DNA of 64,000 nucleotides, from contig CBDCWI010000002.1 in the NCBI GenBank assembly GCA_965223325.1, positions 1,888,001 through 1,952,000 on the forward strand, written 5' to 3'. The notes under the pieces were generated by a model. It did not search any database. It worked only from the letters and a program-made list of their open reading frames with translations, and was not told where the DNA came from. The stretch comes from Candidatus Multivoradales bacterium. Lineage in GTDB: Bacteria; Acidobacteriota; Thermoanaerobaculia; Multivoradales; Multivoraceae. Below are positions 37,315 to 47,949 of this stretch, one piece after another. The position numbers were made by a program, and so were the translations under genes. How positions within the stretch are numbered: the first letter of the stretch is position 1; every line of letters begins with the position of its first letter.

Positions 37315-39621
37315 ATGCGGAAACTGCAACCATTGACGCGCCTTCTCTCTGGCACCGCCTTCGTCACCCGAGCCTCGATCGCCGCCGTCCTCTTGTTGGC
37401 TCTCGTGAGCGTTGGGTGCCGCAAGAGCGCCGAGACGGAGCTCCGAGGCGTCGGCCAGGACAGCTACGACGTCTCTTTGCGCTGGACCAGTCACGGTATT
37501 CCGCACGTTCGAGCCAACGACTGGGGAAGTCTCGGCTACGGCTTCGCCTACGCGCTGGCAACGGATGCGGTCTGTGTCATCGCGCGTGACGTGGCGATGG
37601 TCAACGGCACGCTTTCGCGGTACTTCGGGGCCGAGAACGGCAACCTCGAAAGTGACGTGTTTCATCGGGCAGTCCTGACAACCGAGAAGCTCGCCGCATA
37701 CGCCGAAGCGCAGAGTGACCGCGCCAACGCTTTCGCGGCCGGCTACGTTGCCGGCTACAACCGCTACCTGACCGACCACGCTCGAGACCTGCCGGCCAGC
37801 TGCCAGGGCGAACCGTGGGTTTCTGACCTGACCTTCGATGACGTGTCGCGACTCGCCATCGGGGTCGGCATTCGCTACGGGCTGGGGCGCTTTCAGAAAG
37901 AGATCGCCCATGCCTCGGCCGAGGATCCCATCCAGGTTTCACAAACCGAATGGGACCTGCCGGTCGGCATTGGCAGCAACGCTGTTGCCGTGGGGCGTGA
38001 CCGGAGCACCTCGGGCCGCGGCATCCTGCTCGGTAACCCGCACTACCCCTGGCACGGGTCGTCACGATTTCACCTGATTCACACCACGATTCCCGGCGAG
38101 CTCGACGTGATGGGCACCAGTCTGCTGAACACCAACCGGGTGTCCATTGGCTTTAACAAGGACATTGCCTGGACGCACACGGTGTCGACGGCCTTGCGCT
38201 CGACTCTCTACCGTCTCGCGCTCGACCCGCAAGACCCCTATCGTTACCTCTACGACGGTGAATCCCGCCCACTCGAAGCGCGCACCGTCACCTTCGAGGC
38301 CCTGAGCGAAGACGGCACCACCGAAACCCTCGAACGCACGGTCTACTTCAGCCACTACGGTCCGATTCTCGAGAACGAACAGCTCGTCTGGGACGACGAG
38401 CAGGCCTTCACCTTGCGCGATGCAGTGATCGACAACTATTTGGCCGCCGACACCTACGGCGCGTTGAACGCTGCGACGTCGACAGCCGAAGTCGAAGCGG
38501 CAATCAGCCAACAGGGGGTGTTCTGGGTCAATACGATCGCCGCCGACCGCCACGGCAACGCCTTCTATGCCGACATCAGCGGCACGCCAAACGTCGACGC
38601 CGAATTGCTCGAACTCTGCCGCTTGAAGGTCGAAGGGCTGCCGGCGCGCCTCTTCATCCTCGATGGCACACGTTCAGAGTGCGAGTGGCGAAACGACGAG
38701 CGAAGTCGTGTCCCGGGTGCCCTGCCTCCTGACGAAATGCCGCGTACGACGCGCGCCGACTACGTGACCAATTCAAACGACAGCTACTGGCTCTCGAACC
38801 CGACTGCTCCGCTCGAGGGGTTCTCGCCGATCATCGGCGAAGAGAAGACCCAGCGCTCCTTGAGAACCCGTGCTGGCCTGGTCTTCATGCAGCAGATGCT
38901 GGCGGAGAAGGACAAGCTGGCGCCCGAAGACATCCAGAACATGCTCTACAGCCAGCGCAACTTCGGTGCCGAACTGTTGCTCGACGATGTTTTGGAAACC
39001 TGCGGCGCGAAGGAGCTGCAGCCGGTCTGCAAGGCGCTCTCGTCCTGGGACCGGACGATGAACGTCGACTCGCGTGGAGGTCACCTGTGGCGCGAGTTCT
39101 GGGACCGTGCCCGCCAGATCGACGCCCTATGGGCAGTGCCCTTCGACGTCAACGATCCGGTCCACACTCCGCGCGGTCTAAACGTTGCTGATGCGAACGT
39201 CAAAGAGCAACTCCAAGACGCCCTGCTCGAGGCTGGCGAGGTCCTCACGGAGGCCGGCATCGCGCTCGATGCCCCACTCGGCGAGATTCAGTATGCCGAA
39301 CGCAACGGCAAGAAGATCGGCATTCCTGGTGGCGAAGGTTGGGCAGGAATGTTCAGCATGATCGTGAGCAAGCTCGCACCGGAGAAGGGCTACAACCCCA
39401 TCGTGCACGGCAACAGCTACATCCAGGTCATCAGCTGGGACGAAGAAGGCAACCTCGACCCGCGCGCCATTCTCACCTACTCCCAGTCGCCGGAGCCCGA
39501 GTCGGCGTTCTACAGCGACCAGACCGAAATCTACTCACAGGGCGGCTGGATCAGGCTGCCCTTCACCGACGCCGAGATCGAAGCCGACCCGAATCTACGC
39601 AGCCTCCATCTCGAAGGTTGA
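37315..39621 (+). CDS. Ntn-hydrolase acylase, AHL-acylase/PvdQ/aculeacin A acylase-like, lipoprotein
   Basis: HGIPHVRA..WGSLGYG, GSNAVAVG, LLGNPHYPW, IGFN..IAWTHTVS, DYVTNSNDSYWLSNP, LTYSQS. Confidence 0.92.
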   Translation: MRKLQPLTRLLSGTAFVTRASIAAVLLLALVSVGCRKSAETELRGVGQDSYDVSLRWTSHGIPHVRANDWGSLGYGFAYALATDAVCVIARDVAMVNGTLSRYFGAENGNLESDVFHRAVLTTEKLAAYAEAQSDRANAFAAGYVAGYNRYLTDHARDLPASCQGEPWVSDLTFDDVSRLAIGVGIRYGLGRFQKEIAHASAEDPIQVSQTEWDLPVGIGSNAVAVGRDRSTSGRGILLGNPHYPWHGSSRFHLIHTTIPGELDVMGTSLLNTNRVSIGFNKDIAWTHTVSTALRSTLYRLALDPQDPYRYLYDGESRPLEARTVTFEALSEDGTTETLERTVYFSHYGPILENEQLVWDDEQAFTLRDAVIDNYLAADTYGALNAATSTAEVEAAISQQGVFWVNTIAADRHGNAFYADISGTPNVDAELLELCRLKVEGLPARLFILDGTRSECEWRNDERSRVPGALPPDEMPRTTRADYVTNSNDSYWLSNPTAPLEGFSPIIGEEKTQRSLRTRAGLVFMQQMLAEKDKLAPEDIQNMLYSQRNFGAELLLDDVLETCGAKELQPVCKALSSWDRTMNVDSRGGHLWREFWDRARQIDALWAVPFDVNDPVHTPRGLNVADANVKEQLQDALLEAGEVLTEAGIALDAPLGEIQYAERNGKKIGIPGGEGWAGMFSMIVSKLAPEKGYNPIVHGNSYIQVISWDEEGNLDPRAILTYSQSPEPESAFYSDQTEIYSQGGWIRLPFTDAEIEADPNLRSLHLEG

Positions 39622-39643
39622 GGCGGCCCGCGGCCCCCACCCA

Positions 39644-39722
39644 CAGTCGGGGGGACTTTCCCGCACCGCACCAGCAGCGCGCCCCACCCCCGAACCACCC
39701 CAACAGTTGGGGGGAGTTTTCG
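39644..39722. repeat. Two REP-like motifs downstream of the transposase
   Basis: CAGTCGGGGGGACTTTCCCGC at 39644 and CAGTTGGGGGGAGTTTTCG at 39704. Confidence 0.75.
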
Positions 39723-39921
39723 AGGGCGCGGTGGTGCCGCGGCGCTCCAGTGCGCCCAGGATGCTCCCTCGGCCCGCTTTCAGCCCCCTTTTGGCCCTCC
39801 CAAACGCTGCGCCAGCCACCTTGCACGACTCTTCCCCCCACGCAGACACAGCTCCGCCGGGCCCGCGTCTCCACGGGCCTCCTGGGCGGTCCCTCTTCGC
39901 CTACCAGACTAGCCCTCGAGC

Positions 39922-40881
39922 TCAGGGCCCGGCACGTAGCGCCTGCACCGTTTCGAAAGGCAAGGGACTCGGAAACGTACCTTCAGGAAACACCACATCG
40001 CGCTCGCCCGCCCGCTGACGGTCCCGTGCCAGCCGGTGCGCCCTCCACACCCAGTCAAAGGCAGACAAGAGCCGTTGCTGCTCCTCCTTGTTGCTGGCGA
40101 TCACCAGCGGACAAGGCCCGAGAGCCATCTTCACCGGAGTCCTCAAGGGACTCATGCGAGCGATCTTCCACTGGCCGAGCGGCTTCGTTTTCTCTCGCTG
40201 GTGGCGCGCTAGAGTCTCTCGCTCGATGCCGCGAATCATCTCGCGCCCCCACTCGCAGTAGGCCTCATCGCTCAGGTCTTCCATGCCCGGTAGCTTGGAC
40301 AGAACCACCGTCTCCTTCTTGGTGAAGTCCTTCTTCGTCAGCCGACGACCCGCCTTCGTCCGTTTCGCCCGGCTGTACGCCGTGTGGTCGACCCACTCGC
40401 CTTCGAGCTCGAGCTTCCCCTCCCACAGGGCCCGGGCGACGGTCACACCTGGCCACTTCAGAGGTGAGGACACCAGGCCTGCGGCACACCCCTGCGCCAG
40501 GATATAGCGGAAGCGCTTGACGACATCGGCCGGGTCGCGGCCGGTGAAGCAGGGTCGGTAGGGCCTTTCCCACTTCGGGCCCTTCCAGCCGTGACGGATG
40601 CGGATCTCGACGCTCGTCTGGTGCTGGACGCGGTACATGAAGTCCGCCATCTGCTGGGCGTCGCGGACGCCGACGAGGAAGTGATGATGGTTGACCTGGT
40701 AGTCGACGCAGTAGATAAGGGTCTCGGTCTTGCGCTGTGCGCGGCCGATGATGCCGTTGATGATGTTTCGCTGCTCAGAGTCGGGCTTGAGCAGGAAGGT
40801 GCCGTTCGTAATGCGGGCGGTGAGCATGACTGGTTCCCACCCGCGGTCGGAGTTTGGTACGTATCTCGGTTTTGCTCCCAT
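39922..40881 (-). mobile_element. Y1 HUH transposase, REP-associated tyrosine transposase (RAYT)-like
   Basis: MLTARI...FLL, YCVDYQVNHHHFLV (HUH), GPKWERPY, RYILAQGCAAGLVSSPLKWPG (catalytic Tyr region), C-terminal VVFPEGTF. Confidence 0.82.
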
Positions 40882-40970
40882 GTGACATGGGACGCAAAAC
40901 GCCTGCGCAGCCCTACAGGAAGGAAAAACCGGGCCGAAATACGAGCTTTCGCGAACCGCCACCCGCGGCC

Positions 40971-41127
40971 GAAAAGTCCCCCCGACTGGCCAGACCGGCC
41001 AGCGCGGCGCGCGGCGCGGCCCATGGATTGGGGCGGGAAAATCCCCCCGACTGGCTCCGGGGGCACTGGCGGTCGGGGCGCGGCCCATGGATTGGGGCGG
41101 GAAAATCCCCCCGACTGGCTCCGGGGG
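40971..41127. repeat. Three REP-like motifs upstream of the transposase, including a perfect 51-bp direct repeat
   Basis: GAAAA(G)TCCCCCCGACTGG at 40971, 41037 and 41101; 41013-41063 identical to 41077-41127. Confidence 0.88.
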
Positions 41128-41271
41128 GTGGGACGGGCGGGAGTTCGCCGAGCGCCACGGCTATGATGCCCGCTCTCCTCAACATCTCGAGTCTGCAAGA
41201 ACGCTGCTGCTACCCAGGCGACGCCCAGGAGTCGAGCGCTCTCGCGCCGAGCCCGGAATCCGGAGGTCACG

Positions 41272-44200
41272 ATGCTGCCGACACCCACCTCACTCCGTTC
41301 GTTTTCCGCTCTCATCCTTTCAACCCTCTGCTGTGCAGCCCTGGCTGCCCCCCAGGGCACCGAAGCCAACGCACCCACCGCCGAGACGTTCAGCGCGCTC
41401 GAGCTGCGCGCTATCGGGCCAGCTCTCCGCTCGGGGCGCATCTCGGATCTCGCCATTCACCCCAACGACCGCAATACCTGGTACGTCGCCGCGGGCTCGG
41501 GCGGCGTCTGGAAGACCACCAACTTCGGCACGACCTGGACGCCGATCTTCGACGATCAGTCTTCGTATTCGATTGGTGCCATCGCGCTCGATCCCACCAA
41601 CCCGGAGGTCATCTGGGTCGGCACAGGCGAGAACTCGAGCGGTCGCCACGTAGGCTTCGGCGACGGGATCTACAAGAGCCTCGACGGCGGCAAGAGCTGG
41701 AACAACTTGGGCCTCGAGTCGTCCGACCACATTGGCAAGATCGTCGTGCACCCCGAAGACGGCCACACCGTCTGGGTGGCGGCCGAGGGGCCACTCTGGT
41801 CCGCTGGCGGTGACCGCGGCCTCTACAAAACGACCGACGGCGGCAACACCTGGAGACGAGTCCTTGCTGTTGACGACAACACCGGGGTCACCGACATCGA
41901 GTATGACCCGCGCAATCCAGACGTCCTCTACGCCGCGACCTACGACCGGCGTCGCAAGGTCTGGGCGCTGCTGCATGGACCGGGCTCGGGAATCCACAAG
42001 TCCATAGACGGCGGAGAAACCTGGACGGAAGTCACCAACGGTCTTCCGAAGGGCGACATGGGCAAGATCGGGCTCGCCGTTTCCCCGATGCGACCCGACG
42101 TGATCTACGCCACCATCGAGGCAAGCCAGGAAGCAGGCAACAACGAAGCCGGCTTCTACAGGTCGACGGACCGAGGAGCGAGCTGGGAAAAGCGGAACGA
42201 CTACCACTCGGGTGGCACGGGACCGCACTACTACCAGGAGATCTACGCCTCACCGCACGTCTTCGACCGGGTCTATCAGATGGCGCCGCGCATCAACATC
42301 ACAGAAGACGGCGGGCTGACGTTTAGAGAACTGGGCGAAGTCGACAAGCACGGCGACAACCACGCGATGGCGTTCCTACCCGACGAACCCGAGTTCCTGC
42401 TCAACGGCTCAGACGGCGGCGTCTACTACACCCACGACCATGCCAAGACCTGGAAGTTCATCCAGAACCTCTCGTTGACCCAGTTCTACAAAGTCGCCGT
42501 CGACTACGACCTGCCCTTCTACAACGTCGCCGGCGGCACGCAAGACAACGGCACTCAGGTCGGTCCGTCACGGACTCTCAACAGTCACGGCATCCGTACC
42601 GCCGACTGGTACGTCGCCTACGGCGCCGATGGCTACATGACGATGGTCGATCCGACCGATCCGAACATTCTCTACGTCACCTGGCAGAACGGGCACCCGC
42701 TACGCTACGACCGCCGCACCGGCGAAGCAATCGACATCCAGCCGCAACCCGGGCCCGACGACGAGCCCGAGCGCTGGAACTGGGATGCCCCGATGATCAT
42801 CTCGCCGCACGATCACAAGCGCATCTACATGGGGTCACAGCGACTCTGGCGCACCGACGACCGCGGCGACTCCTGGACCCAGATCCCAGGCGAGTTCACC
42901 CGCGGTGTGCTGCGCTACGAACGCCCTGTCGACGGTCGCGTTGCCGGCGACGAGGCAGTGTGGGGCAATACCGCCATGTCGTGGCACGCAAACATGACCG
43001 CCATCGCCGAGTCGCCTTTGGTTGAAGGCCTGCTCTACGTCGGCACCGACGACGGCTTGATCCAGGTCAGCGAAGACGGCGGCCAGACCTGGCGTAGGGC
43101 TGACCTAGCGGGCTTCCCGGAGCTGCTCTTCGTCAACGAGATTACCGCCTCGCCAATCGACGAAGACACCGTCTTCGCGTCGGCCGACAACCACAAGATG
43201 GGTGACTACGCGCCCTATCCGCTTCGGAGCGACGACCGCGGGCTCACCTGGCGTTCAATCGCCGGCGACCTGCCCGACCGCCACCTGATCTGGTCGATCC
43301 AACAGGACCACGTCGATCGCAACCTCATCTTTGCCGGCACCGAGTTCGGCATCTACTTCACCACCAACGGTGGCGAACACTGGCTGAAAATGGCGGGCTC
43401 ACCCACCATCGCCTTTCGCGACCTCGAGATCCAACGGCGCGAGAACGACCTCGTCGGCGGCTCGTTCGGTCGCGGCATCTACATCCTCGACGACTATTCG
43501 CCACTTCGCAACCTCGACGGCGAGGTACTCGACCAGGAAGCGCTCCTCTTCGAACCGCGCCGCACCTGGTGGTACGTGCCCTCGACTCCTCACGGCCGCC
43601 GCCCCAAGGGCACCAGCGGCAGCGACTACTTCGTCGCCCCCAACCCGCCCTTTGGGGCCACCTTCACCTACTACCTGCGCGATACACCAGAGAACGAGCG
43701 GCAGGCCCGGAGGGCCGAAGAGCAGGAGCGCCGAGAGGCAGGTGAAGTGGTCCCCTTCCCCGACTGGGACGTGCTGCGCACCGAAGATCGCGACCAGCGC
43801 CTCGGTATCGAGACCCGTGCCCTACTCACCGTACGCGACGACGACGGTGGAGTCGTACGACGCATCGAGGCCCCGGCTCGTGCCGGCATGCAACGCGTCA
43901 CCTGGGACCTCAGATACCCGCTGGCCATGCCAACCAGTATCGAAACCACCGGGCAGGGCGGCGGCTTCGGGCGCTTTGCCCAGGGACCCCTCGCGCCCCC
44001 CGGTCAATACACCGTCGAGCTGGCGCTACTCGAAAAGGGCCAACTTCGCACTCTCGCCGGTCCGCAGCCGTTCGAGGTCCGAGACCTCGAGAACCGAACC
44101 CTCGAAGGCCAGAGCCACGAGGTGACGCGCAGCTTCCAGAGCGAAACCAACGAACTGCTTCGTCGCGCCACAGCCGTCGGCGCCGAACTCGAGCGCACCG

Positions 44201-44583
44201 ACGAGCGGGCGCAACACGTCGAGGTTGCGATCATGCAGACCCCCGGCCTCGACCCCGCCCTCTTCGCTGACGTCCTGGCACTACGCGCCCAACTCGACGA
44301 GCTAGGGCATCGGCTCAACGGTGACCAGACCCTCAACCGCTTCGAAGAACCCACCCTCCCCTCCATCATGCAGCGCATCTTCACGGTCATCGGGGGCCAC
44401 TGGAACACCCGCCTCGGGCCAACCCAGACGCATCGGGAATCGCTCAGTGTCGCCGCCACGCAGCTCGCCGAAGTGCAGAAGACGTTGCGCCAGTTGATCG
44501 AGACCGATCTGGCGAGCATCGAAGATCGGCTCGACAGCGCCAATGCACCTTGGACTCCCGGTCGCAAGCTTCCTGAGCGCTAG
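41272..44583 (+). CDS. VPS10/sortilin-like BNR-repeat glycosyl hydrolase-like protein
   Basis: LRAIGPA..SGRI, many KSxDGGxTW Asp-boxes, GGTQDNG, FGRGIYILDD; GGAGG RBS. Confidence 0.92.
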   Translation: MLPTPTSLRSFSALILSTLCCAALAAPQGTEANAPTAETFSALELRAIGPALRSGRISDLAIHPNDRNTWYVAAGSGGVWKTTNFGTTWTPIFDDQSSYSIGAIALDPTNPEVIWVGTGENSSGRHVGFGDGIYKSLDGGKSWNNLGLESSDHIGKIVVHPEDGHTVWVAAEGPLWSAGGDRGLYKTTDGGNTWRRVLAVDDNTGVTDIEYDPRNPDVLYAATYDRRRKVWALLHGPGSGIHKSIDGGETWTEVTNGLPKGDMGKIGLAVSPMRPDVIYATIEASQEAGNNEAGFYRSTDRGASWEKRNDYHSGGTGPHYYQEIYASPHVFDRVYQMAPRINITEDGGLTFRELGEVDKHGDNHAMAFLPDEPEFLLNGSDGGVYYTHDHAKTWKFIQNLSLTQFYKVAVDYDLPFYNVAGGTQDNGTQVGPSRTLNSHGIRTADWYVAYGADGYMTMVDPTDPNILYVTWQNGHPLRYDRRTGEAIDIQPQPGPDDEPERWNWDAPMIISPHDHKRIYMGSQRLWRTDDRGDSWTQIPGEFTRGVLRYERPVDGRVAGDEAVWGNTAMSWHANMTAIAESPLVEGLLYVGTDDGLIQVSEDGGQTWRRADLAGFPELLFVNEITASPIDEDTVFASADNHKMGDYAPYPLRSDDRGLTWRSIAGDLPDRHLIWSIQQDHVDRNLIFAGTEFGIYFTTNGGEHWLKMAGSPTIAFRDLEIQRRENDLVGGSFGRGIYILDDYSPLRNLDGEVLDQEALLFEPRRTWWYVPSTPHGRRPKGTSGSDYFVAPNPPFGATFTYYLRDTPENERQARRAEEQERREAGEVVPFPDWDVLRTEDRDQRLGIETRALLTVRDDDGGVVRRIEAPARAGMQRVTWDLRYPLAMPTSIETTGQGGGFGRFAQGPLAPPGQYTVELALLEKGQLRTLAGPQPFEVRDLENRTLEGQSHEVTRSFQSETNELLRRATAVGAELERTDERAQHVEVAIMQTPGLDPALFADVLALRAQLDELGHRLNGDQTLNRFEEPTLPSIMQRIFTVIGGHWNTRLGPTQTHRESLSVAATQLAEVQKTLRQLIETDLASIEDRLDSANAPWTPGRKLPER

Positions 44584-44765
44584 CCCATGTGAGCCTTGCC
44601 TCTACCTCAGGGCTGGCCCCAAGGCGGCAACTCCTCTCCTGCTCTCGCGACATGCTGGAGCCTCCCCAAACAGAGGCGAACCGTAGCGACCCGGATTTCT
44701 CAGTAGGCGCGGCCCAGACGGCATGAGCTCTGAACTCGCCGACCCTCCGAGGCGCTCGCGAGCCC

Positions 44766-45986
44766 TCAGTCTCTGACTTCGATCGCATCGATCGCGATCT
44801 CGACGGGCGCGAAGGACTCGGGGGCCGTCATGGCGTTCAACACGTCGAACTCCAGGGTGACCCGCTGCTTCTGCTCGAGCGTCTTCACCTGCAGCTCGAG
44901 CGTCGAGTGTTCTGGGATTGAAACGATCCGGGCGCGATTGTGAAACGTCAGAGCGCCCTTGTTCTCGAGCACGAGATTCGACGAACTGTTGTTGGACAGC
45001 TCGAGCTGGAGGACGTTCTCGTCGTCATCATAGTGCGCGTCCGAAACGGTGAGACTCGCTTCGACGAGAGGACGCAGGAACTCCTCCTTGCCGACCAGTA
45101 TGTGATTCGTGATGGCGACTGTACGGCGCGCAAAGAGCGCCTCCTTGAGACTCTCGGCCGTGCGCTCCCTGGCAAACACCAGCGAGATCGGGCGGTGCCC
45201 ACCCTCCGCGACCTGGTAGCGCCAGTCGACCAGACCGTGCACATCGGAGGTTCCGAGAATCGCCAGGTCGTGCTCTAGCGCAATCGCATGGGCCTCGGGC
45301 GAGTAGGTGATGTCGTTGACCACTTCGATGCCCTGAATCAGGCCCTCCTCGATCAACTGCCGGTGAGTGTCTGTGAGCGTCGCGACGCCGTCCGGCTGCT
45401 GGCCCACCCAGTGGGGGTGGTTCCAGAACACGAAGGCACCCTGCTCTTTCGCCATGCGAAACACCCTCACAGCATCGGCGATCGCCTCTTCGGCCAACAT
45501 GCTGCGCAGTGTGGGAACGTCCTGGGTGAGCAGGGGATTGGCATCCTGGATGAACACCGCGTTCGAGTGCCCGGGCGGCATGTAGCGGGTGATCTCCGAA
45601 CCGGCAATCAGAATGAGCGACTCGGCGTCGGGGTCGGCACCTTCGAGTCGGCCCTCGAGATAGTCACGCGCGACCTCGAAGGCCCGGTTGCGATCGGGGT
45701 GCGGAATGTCGTCAGCGTGCGGCTGGTACTCGAGGTGCTCGGTGATCGCCAGCGCATCGAGGCCGTCTTTCTGCGCTTCGCGCACCCGGATGTCTGGCCA
45801 CACCGAACCGTCTGAGAAAACTGAGTGGGTATGAAGGTCGACGCCCAGAGTGCGATAGCCGGGAATGTCTGGAAACACGAGCTCGCGGCCGTGACCGTGA
45901 GACTCGGGGATTTGAGCGAAGGCGGACGGGGCGAGCAAGCACAGCGCTACGAAAAAGCTCGGTGCTGCTCGAAACAAACAGCGCAT
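44766..45986 (-). CDS. PHP-domain phosphodiesterase (Sb-PDE-like), secreted
   Basis: DLHTHSVFSDG, ITEH, GSEITR..PPGH, FWNHP, GTSDVHG; GGAGG RBS. Confidence 0.88.
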   Translation of the reverse strand: MRCLFRAAPSFFVALCLLAPSAFAQIPESHGHGRELVFPDIPGYRTLGVDLHTHSVFSDGSVWPDIRVREAQKDGLDALAITEHLEYQPHADDIPHPDRNRAFEVARDYLEGRLEGADPDAESLILIAGSEITRYMPPGHSNAVFIQDANPLLTQDVPTLRSMLAEEAIADAVRVFRMAKEQGAFVFWNHPHWVGQQPDGVATLTDTHRQLIEEGLIQGIEVVNDITYSPEAHAIALEHDLAILGTSDVHGLVDWRYQVAEGGHRPISLVFARERTAESLKEALFARRTVAITNHILVGKEEFLRPLVEASLTVSDAHYDDDENVLQLELSNNSSSNLVLENKGALTFHNRARIVSIPEHSTLELQVKTLEQKQRVTLEFDVLNAMTAPESFAPVEIAIDAIEVRD

Positions 45987-46137
45987 GGCACCTCCTGTGT
46001 TGGGAGCGCCCAACCTATCGCACGGCTCGACCAGCCCGTCTGGTTTCGTGGCTGTAGGTGTTGGCCGGCCCGTCAACCCTTCGATAGGGTCCCTCCTACG
46101 GTGCGACTTCTCCACCACTGAAGCGCTCTAGATCCCA

Positions 46138-46737
46138 ATGGCACTCACGACACTTCTTCTCGGATGGCGCGGCGGGCTTGGCCTTGTCGTTCTGGCTGCC
46201 GTCGCATTCTTCGGGTTCCTGCACTTTCGCGACACGGCACTGGTCACCGAGTTCCATGTGCACCAGTTGATCTTGACGCCGGCTCCCCCATCGCCCGACG
46301 ACCAGGGGCTCGACATCTACATCCAGGTCGATGCGAGTGTCCGACGCCAGGTCGTCGCCCCCGGAGTCTTCGACCGCGAGATCTCCACTCCACCCTACTG
46401 GCACTACTTCACCCTCACCGCCAATGTCGACCGCATCGAGACCTTCTCGCTGGTCTTCGAAAGCGACCGCGGGAGAATGATCCGCTCCCCGATCACTGCC
46501 CGTGATCTCAATCAGAGCAAGGGCGCTCCGGTCGGTGTCACGCGCTTTCACGTTGGACCCGTCGAACTGCCGTTCGAGGAAGGCGACTTCGAGAAGCCAG
46601 GAACTCTAGATGCACGCGCCAGTCTCACAGGGACGCGCGATGGTGCACCGTGGAGTGTTCAGCAAAGTTTCACCTACGAGCGCAACCACCGAACTCTCCT
46701 GGGCAACCGCCTCTGGCACGCCATCATGTCGGTCTAG
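46138..46737 (+). CDS. Hypothetical membrane-anchored protein
   Basis: 199 aa ORF, N-terminal TM, fills the gap between genes. Confidence 0.6.
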   Translation: MALTTLLLGWRGGLGLVVLAAVAFFGFLHFRDTALVTEFHVHQLILTPAPPSPDDQGLDIYIQVDASVRRQVVAPGVFDREISTPPYWHYFTLTANVDRIETFSLVFESDRGRMIRSPITARDLNQSKGAPVGVTRFHVGPVELPFEEGDFEKPGTLDARASLTGTRDGAPWSVQQSFTYERNHRTLLGNRLWHAIMSV

Positions 46738-46889
46738 CCGAGCGCCACTCCGGCGCCAGCTGCGCCCTGGCCTTCTATCGAAGAGGGCGAAGCGGCTTGA
46801 ATCCGTTGCCGCTGCGTGGGCACATCTCTCTCTGGCAGAATCTCAGCGACCCCACCAACTCACTCATTGTCCGTTGAGAGGAGACTACG

Positions 46890-47546
46890 ATGACGATCGT
46901 CTATGGCGTTCCACTGTCGCCGTTCGTGCGCAAAGTTCGCATTGCCATGGCCGAAAAGGGCCTCGACTATGAACTTGTTCCGGTGATGCCAATGCCGCCG
47001 CACAACCAAACACCGGAGTACAAGGCAATAAGCCCGCTCGGCAAGATCCCGGCGCTCCGTGACGGCGACTTCGCGATCTCCGACTCGTCGGTGATTCTCA
47101 GCTACCTGGACCGCAAGTACCCGTCGCCAGCGCTCCTGCCCAAGAGTGCCGAGGACTGCGCACGGGCACTCTGGTTCGAGGAGCTCGCAGACAGCAAGGT
47201 CATCGAGGCCATCGGTCCAGTGTTCTTCAACCGGATCGTGAAGCCCAACATCATGAACACGGAACCAGACCAATCGTTGATCGACGCGGGTCTCGCCGCC
47301 CTGCCGCCACTGTTCGACTACATTGAAGGACAGCTCGGCGACGACGGCCACCTGGTCGGTAGCACCTTCACCGTCGGCGATGTCGCCCTGGGCTCCGTGT
47401 TGCGCCAGTTCGAAATCGCCGGCGAGAAGACCGATCGCGAGCGCTGGCCGAAGCTCGCTGGCTACTACGACAGGTTGGCCGAGCGCCCTTCCTTCCAGAC
47501 GGTACGCGAGAGCGAGAACAGCTTCCTCGAGACGATGGCGACGTAA
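46890..47546 (+). CDS. Glutathione S-transferase family protein
   Basis: SPFVRKV, SPLGKIPAL, SDSSVI, FTVGD, RPSF. Confidence 0.93.
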   Translation: MTIVYGVPLSPFVRKVRIAMAEKGLDYELVPVMPMPPHNQTPEYKAISPLGKIPALRDGDFAISDSSVILSYLDRKYPSPALLPKSAEDCARALWFEELADSKVIEAIGPVFFNRIVKPNIMNTEPDQSLIDAGLAALPPLFDYIEGQLGDDGHLVGSTFTVGDVALGSVLRQFEIAGEKTDRERWPKLAGYYDRLAERPSFQTVRESENSFLETMAT

Positions 47547-47652
47547 CAGCGCAGGAGAGGGAACGGCAGGTGCGCATGACTTCAGATGTCTCCACCCGCC
47601 GCTTCGCGAGTGAAGTCATGACACCACCACCAACCCACAGAGGAGACTCATT

Positions 47653-47949
47653 ATGAGCCGCATCAAAGTTCTCTGCTTGGCGCTCTTGATTCCGTTCACC
47701 GCCCTGACGGTCTACGCCGTGTCACAGGTGGGCTTCTTCGGGATCTTCGAGTACCAACTGCACAGCCCCGCGGGCTGGCAGGTAATCGTCGATCTCATCA
47801 TCGCCTGCGCCTTGATCCTGGTGTGGATGTTTAGCGATGCAAAGAAACATGGACGCAACGTCTGGCCCTACGTAGTCGTCACGCTGGTTGCAGGATCGTT
47901 CGGCCCGCTGCTCTACCTTCTTTTCGCGTCGAACGAGCCACGGTCTTGA
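47653..47949 (+). CDS. DUF2834-like small membrane protein
   Basis: Three TM segments, DL.I...VWM..DA, GSFGPLLYL; AGGAG RBS. Confidence 0.78.
   Translation: MSRIKVLCLALLIPFTALTVYAVSQVGFFGIFEYQLHSPAGWQVIVDLIIACALILVWMFSDAKKHGRNVWPYVVVTLVAGSFGPLLYLLFASNEPRS

Noticed and set aside
41013-41127. 51-bp direct repeat as a CRISPR array
   Set aside because: Only two full copies, 13-bp spacer, no cas genes; better explained as transposase-associated repeats.
44584-44765. Intergenic stretch between convergent genes as ncRNA
   Set aside because: Only short GC stems; no promoter, terminator or recognisable family.
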